Part shown: one piece after another, positions 62,556 through 64,000 of the stretch
How positions within the stretch are numbered: position 1 is the stretch's first letter
Layout: every line of letters starts with the position of its first letter
Origin: a bacterium
Lineage (GTDB): Bacteria; Patescibacteriota; Patescibacteriia; Patescibacteriales; UBA12465
Assembly (NCBI GenBank): GCA_035400585.1
Contig: DAOMZR010000001.1
Coordinates: 127,347-191,346, forward strand
Reading direction: 5' to 3'
DNA length: 64,000 bases
Position numbers and translations under genes: made by a program
The notes under the pieces: generated by a model
Database searches by the model: none
What the model saw: the letters and a program-made list of their open reading frames with translations, nothing else
What the model was told of the DNA's origin: nothing

Positions 62556-64000
62556 ATGGAATTAAATTCAGAACAACGAAATATAGTTAATAATATTTTT
62601 GGAGCATATTTAATTAATGCTTCTGTTGGAACTGGAAAAACGACTGTTTTAACCGAAAGAATTTTAGAGGCAATAAACCAAGGTGTTAAACCAGACGAAA
62701 TCTTGGCCCTAACCTTCACAAACAGGGCGGCCGATGAAATGAAGTCCAGGATTAAAGAGAAAATTGATGATAAAAATATTTTTGATGCTTTAACAGTTTC
62801 AACTTTTCACTCTTTTTGCGTTTATTTTATTAAAATGGAATCTAAAAAAATCGGGATATCAACCGATTTTTTAATTTTTGACGAAGAAGAGCAGGTTGAG
62901 TTGGCTAAAAATATTTTAAATGAAAAAAATAAAATTTTTGTTGATAAATCAAGAGATGTTTTAAATATATTAGATGATTTTTATAAATATCGTTTATCGT
63001 CTTTTCAAGTTGATATCGGTCACAATATTCCTTTAAAAAAGATAAACCCAGAGATACTTCTTTTTGGTGAAGAATATTTAAAAAAATTAAAAGAACTTAA
63101 TGCTCTTGATTTTAATGAATTAGTTTTGGTCGTTTTGAAATTATTATTTCAAGACAAAGAAGTTAATGATCGCTGGTCTAACCGTTTTCGCTTTATTCAA
63201 CTCGATGAATTTCAAGATACGCATATTTCAGAGTATCTAGTTATTAAAGAATTGGCCAAAAAACATAAAAACGCAGCCCTAATTGGCGATATAGATCAAA
63301 CCATATATAGCTTTCGTGATTCACGTCCTGTTTTTATTTCCGAATTATTTAGAAATCATTTTAAGCCGGTTAAAGAATTTTCTTTGAACATCAACTATCG
63401 TTCCGACCCTAAATTAATTGGAGCTTTTATTTCCGTTTTAAATAAAATGGAAGAAGCTAAAACCAAAGAATTAAATAGTGAGTTTAACAAAAAAAAGAGT
63501 GAAGAGGATAGACCAATAAAAATTTTTGATGGTTATAGTTTTAAAGAAGAGGTTTTGTGGACAATTGAAAATATTAAAAAAATAAAAGCTACTGACAATA
63601 AATCAAAAATAGCAGTTTTAACTAGATCAAACTTTCTAATTGGTAAAGTGTCAGAAATTTTTTCGGAAAATAATATTTCCTTTTTAACGGTTGATCAATA
63701 TGATTTTTTTAGACGCCAAGAAATTAAAGATATTTTTGCTTATTTAAAAATTTTATTAAATAAATCAGATTTATTATCAGCTAAAAGAGTTATTGAGAGA
63801 CCAGCTAAAAATATTGGGGATGAAACCTTAAAGAAAATAAAAGACGAGGGTCAAGATTGCGGCATTAATTTATCTGATTTTTTGAATTTTAAAAATTATA
63901 ATTTCAAAGAACCATTTTCTGAATTGATAAAAGAAAAAAATAACGGTCGAATAATTGTTTTTGATACAGAAACAACTGGAATTAACCCGGCCAAAGATAA
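62556..64000 (+). CDS. UvrD/PcrA-like superfamily 1 helicase, 3' end beyond the window; a DEDD-type exonuclease motif begins at the window edge
   Basis: My own translation from the ATG at 62556: MELNSEQRNIVNN...NASVGTGKTTV (motif I), TFTNRAADEM (Ia), QLDEFQDT (II). The last codons read GRIIVFDTETTGINPAKD (Exo I-like). Absent from the ORF track because no stop occurs within the window. Confidence 0.85.
   Translation, partial: MELNSEQRNIVNNIFGAYLINASVGTGKTTVLTERILEAINQGVKPDEILALTFTNRAADEMKSRIKEKIDDKNIFDALTVSTFHSFCVYFIKMESKKIGISTDFLIFDEEEQVELAKNILNEKNKIFVDKSRDVLNILDDFYKYRLSSFQVDIGHNIPLKKINPEILLFGEEYLKKLKELNALDFNELVLVVLKLLFQDKEVNDRWSNRFRFIQLDEFQDTHISEYLVIKELAKKHKNAALIGDIDQTIYSFRDSRPVFISELFRNHFKPVKEFSLNINYRSDPKLIGAFISVLNKMEEAKTKELNSEFNKKKSEEDRPIKIFDGYSFKEEVLWTIENIKKIKATDNKSKIAVLTRSNFLIGKVSEIFSENNISFLTVDQYDFFRRQEIKDIFAYLKILLNKSDLLSAKRVIERPAKNIGDETLKKIKDEGQDCGINLSDFLNFKNYNFKEPFSELIKEKNNGRIIVFDTETTGINPAKD

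Noticed and set aside
1-64000. CRISPR arrays, transposases, integrases, phage genes, toxin-antitoxin pairs
   Set aside because: I saw no regularly spaced direct repeats outside the coding FG-GAP repeat, and no ORF with recognisable transposase, integrase, Cas or phage structural motifs.

Overview
The window is a gene-dense, very AT-rich bacterial segment. Hand counts of typical genes give roughly 22-30% GC. It uses the standard code: TGA ends rlmN at 25917-25919 and the HAD gene at 46301-46303. Gene content points to a reduced fermentative genome of the CPR/Patescibacteria type; this placement is an inference, not a database result. That content includes DUF4012, DUF378 and DUF5652-like proteins, FG-GAP surface proteins, a minimal NifS/NifU pair, an [FeFe]-hydrogenase, and no respiratory genes. 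Recognisable genes: PSP1/RicT (partial), gap, a NuoF-like subunit, hydA, cca, cyclophilin, nifS, nifU, a ZIP transporter, FtsW/RodA, rplY, an S8 protease, an SDR epimerase, thrS, GH3, a sensor kinase, an RRM protein, rlmN, rplJ-rplL, a glycan/envelope operon, rpmA, ferredoxin, a coupling-protein-like ATPase, uppP, rplA-rplK-nusG-secE, rsmI, cvpA, an S41 protease, pyrG, corA, gltX, rnhB and a partial UvrD-like helicase. No tRNA, rRNA, CRISPR array or mobile element was seen. Near-consensus sigma70-type promoters (TTGACA, 16-17 nt spacer, TATAAT) and hairpin-plus-U-run terminators allow transcription units to be mapped by eye. Main leads: (1) a methyltransferase fused to a LuxI/FeeM-like acyl-synthase, sitting 6 nt upstream of a polytopic sensor kinase, with a GH3 amido-synthetase next door; (2) a candidate ~185-nt minus-strand sRNA in the nifS-nifU spacer; (3) three secreted or lipoprotein genes with about 36-42% GC and perfect Shine-Dalgarno sites in a genome that mostly lacks them, one of which looks beta-barrel-like; (4) gap abutting a two-subunit NADH-type [FeFe]-hydrogenase, followed by an unlisted 55-aa HiPIP-signature ORF; (5) an atypical thrS T-box; (6) near-identical 153-nt in-frame FG-GAP tandem repeats. 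All family calls rest on motif recognition by eye. No searches or folding programs were run.
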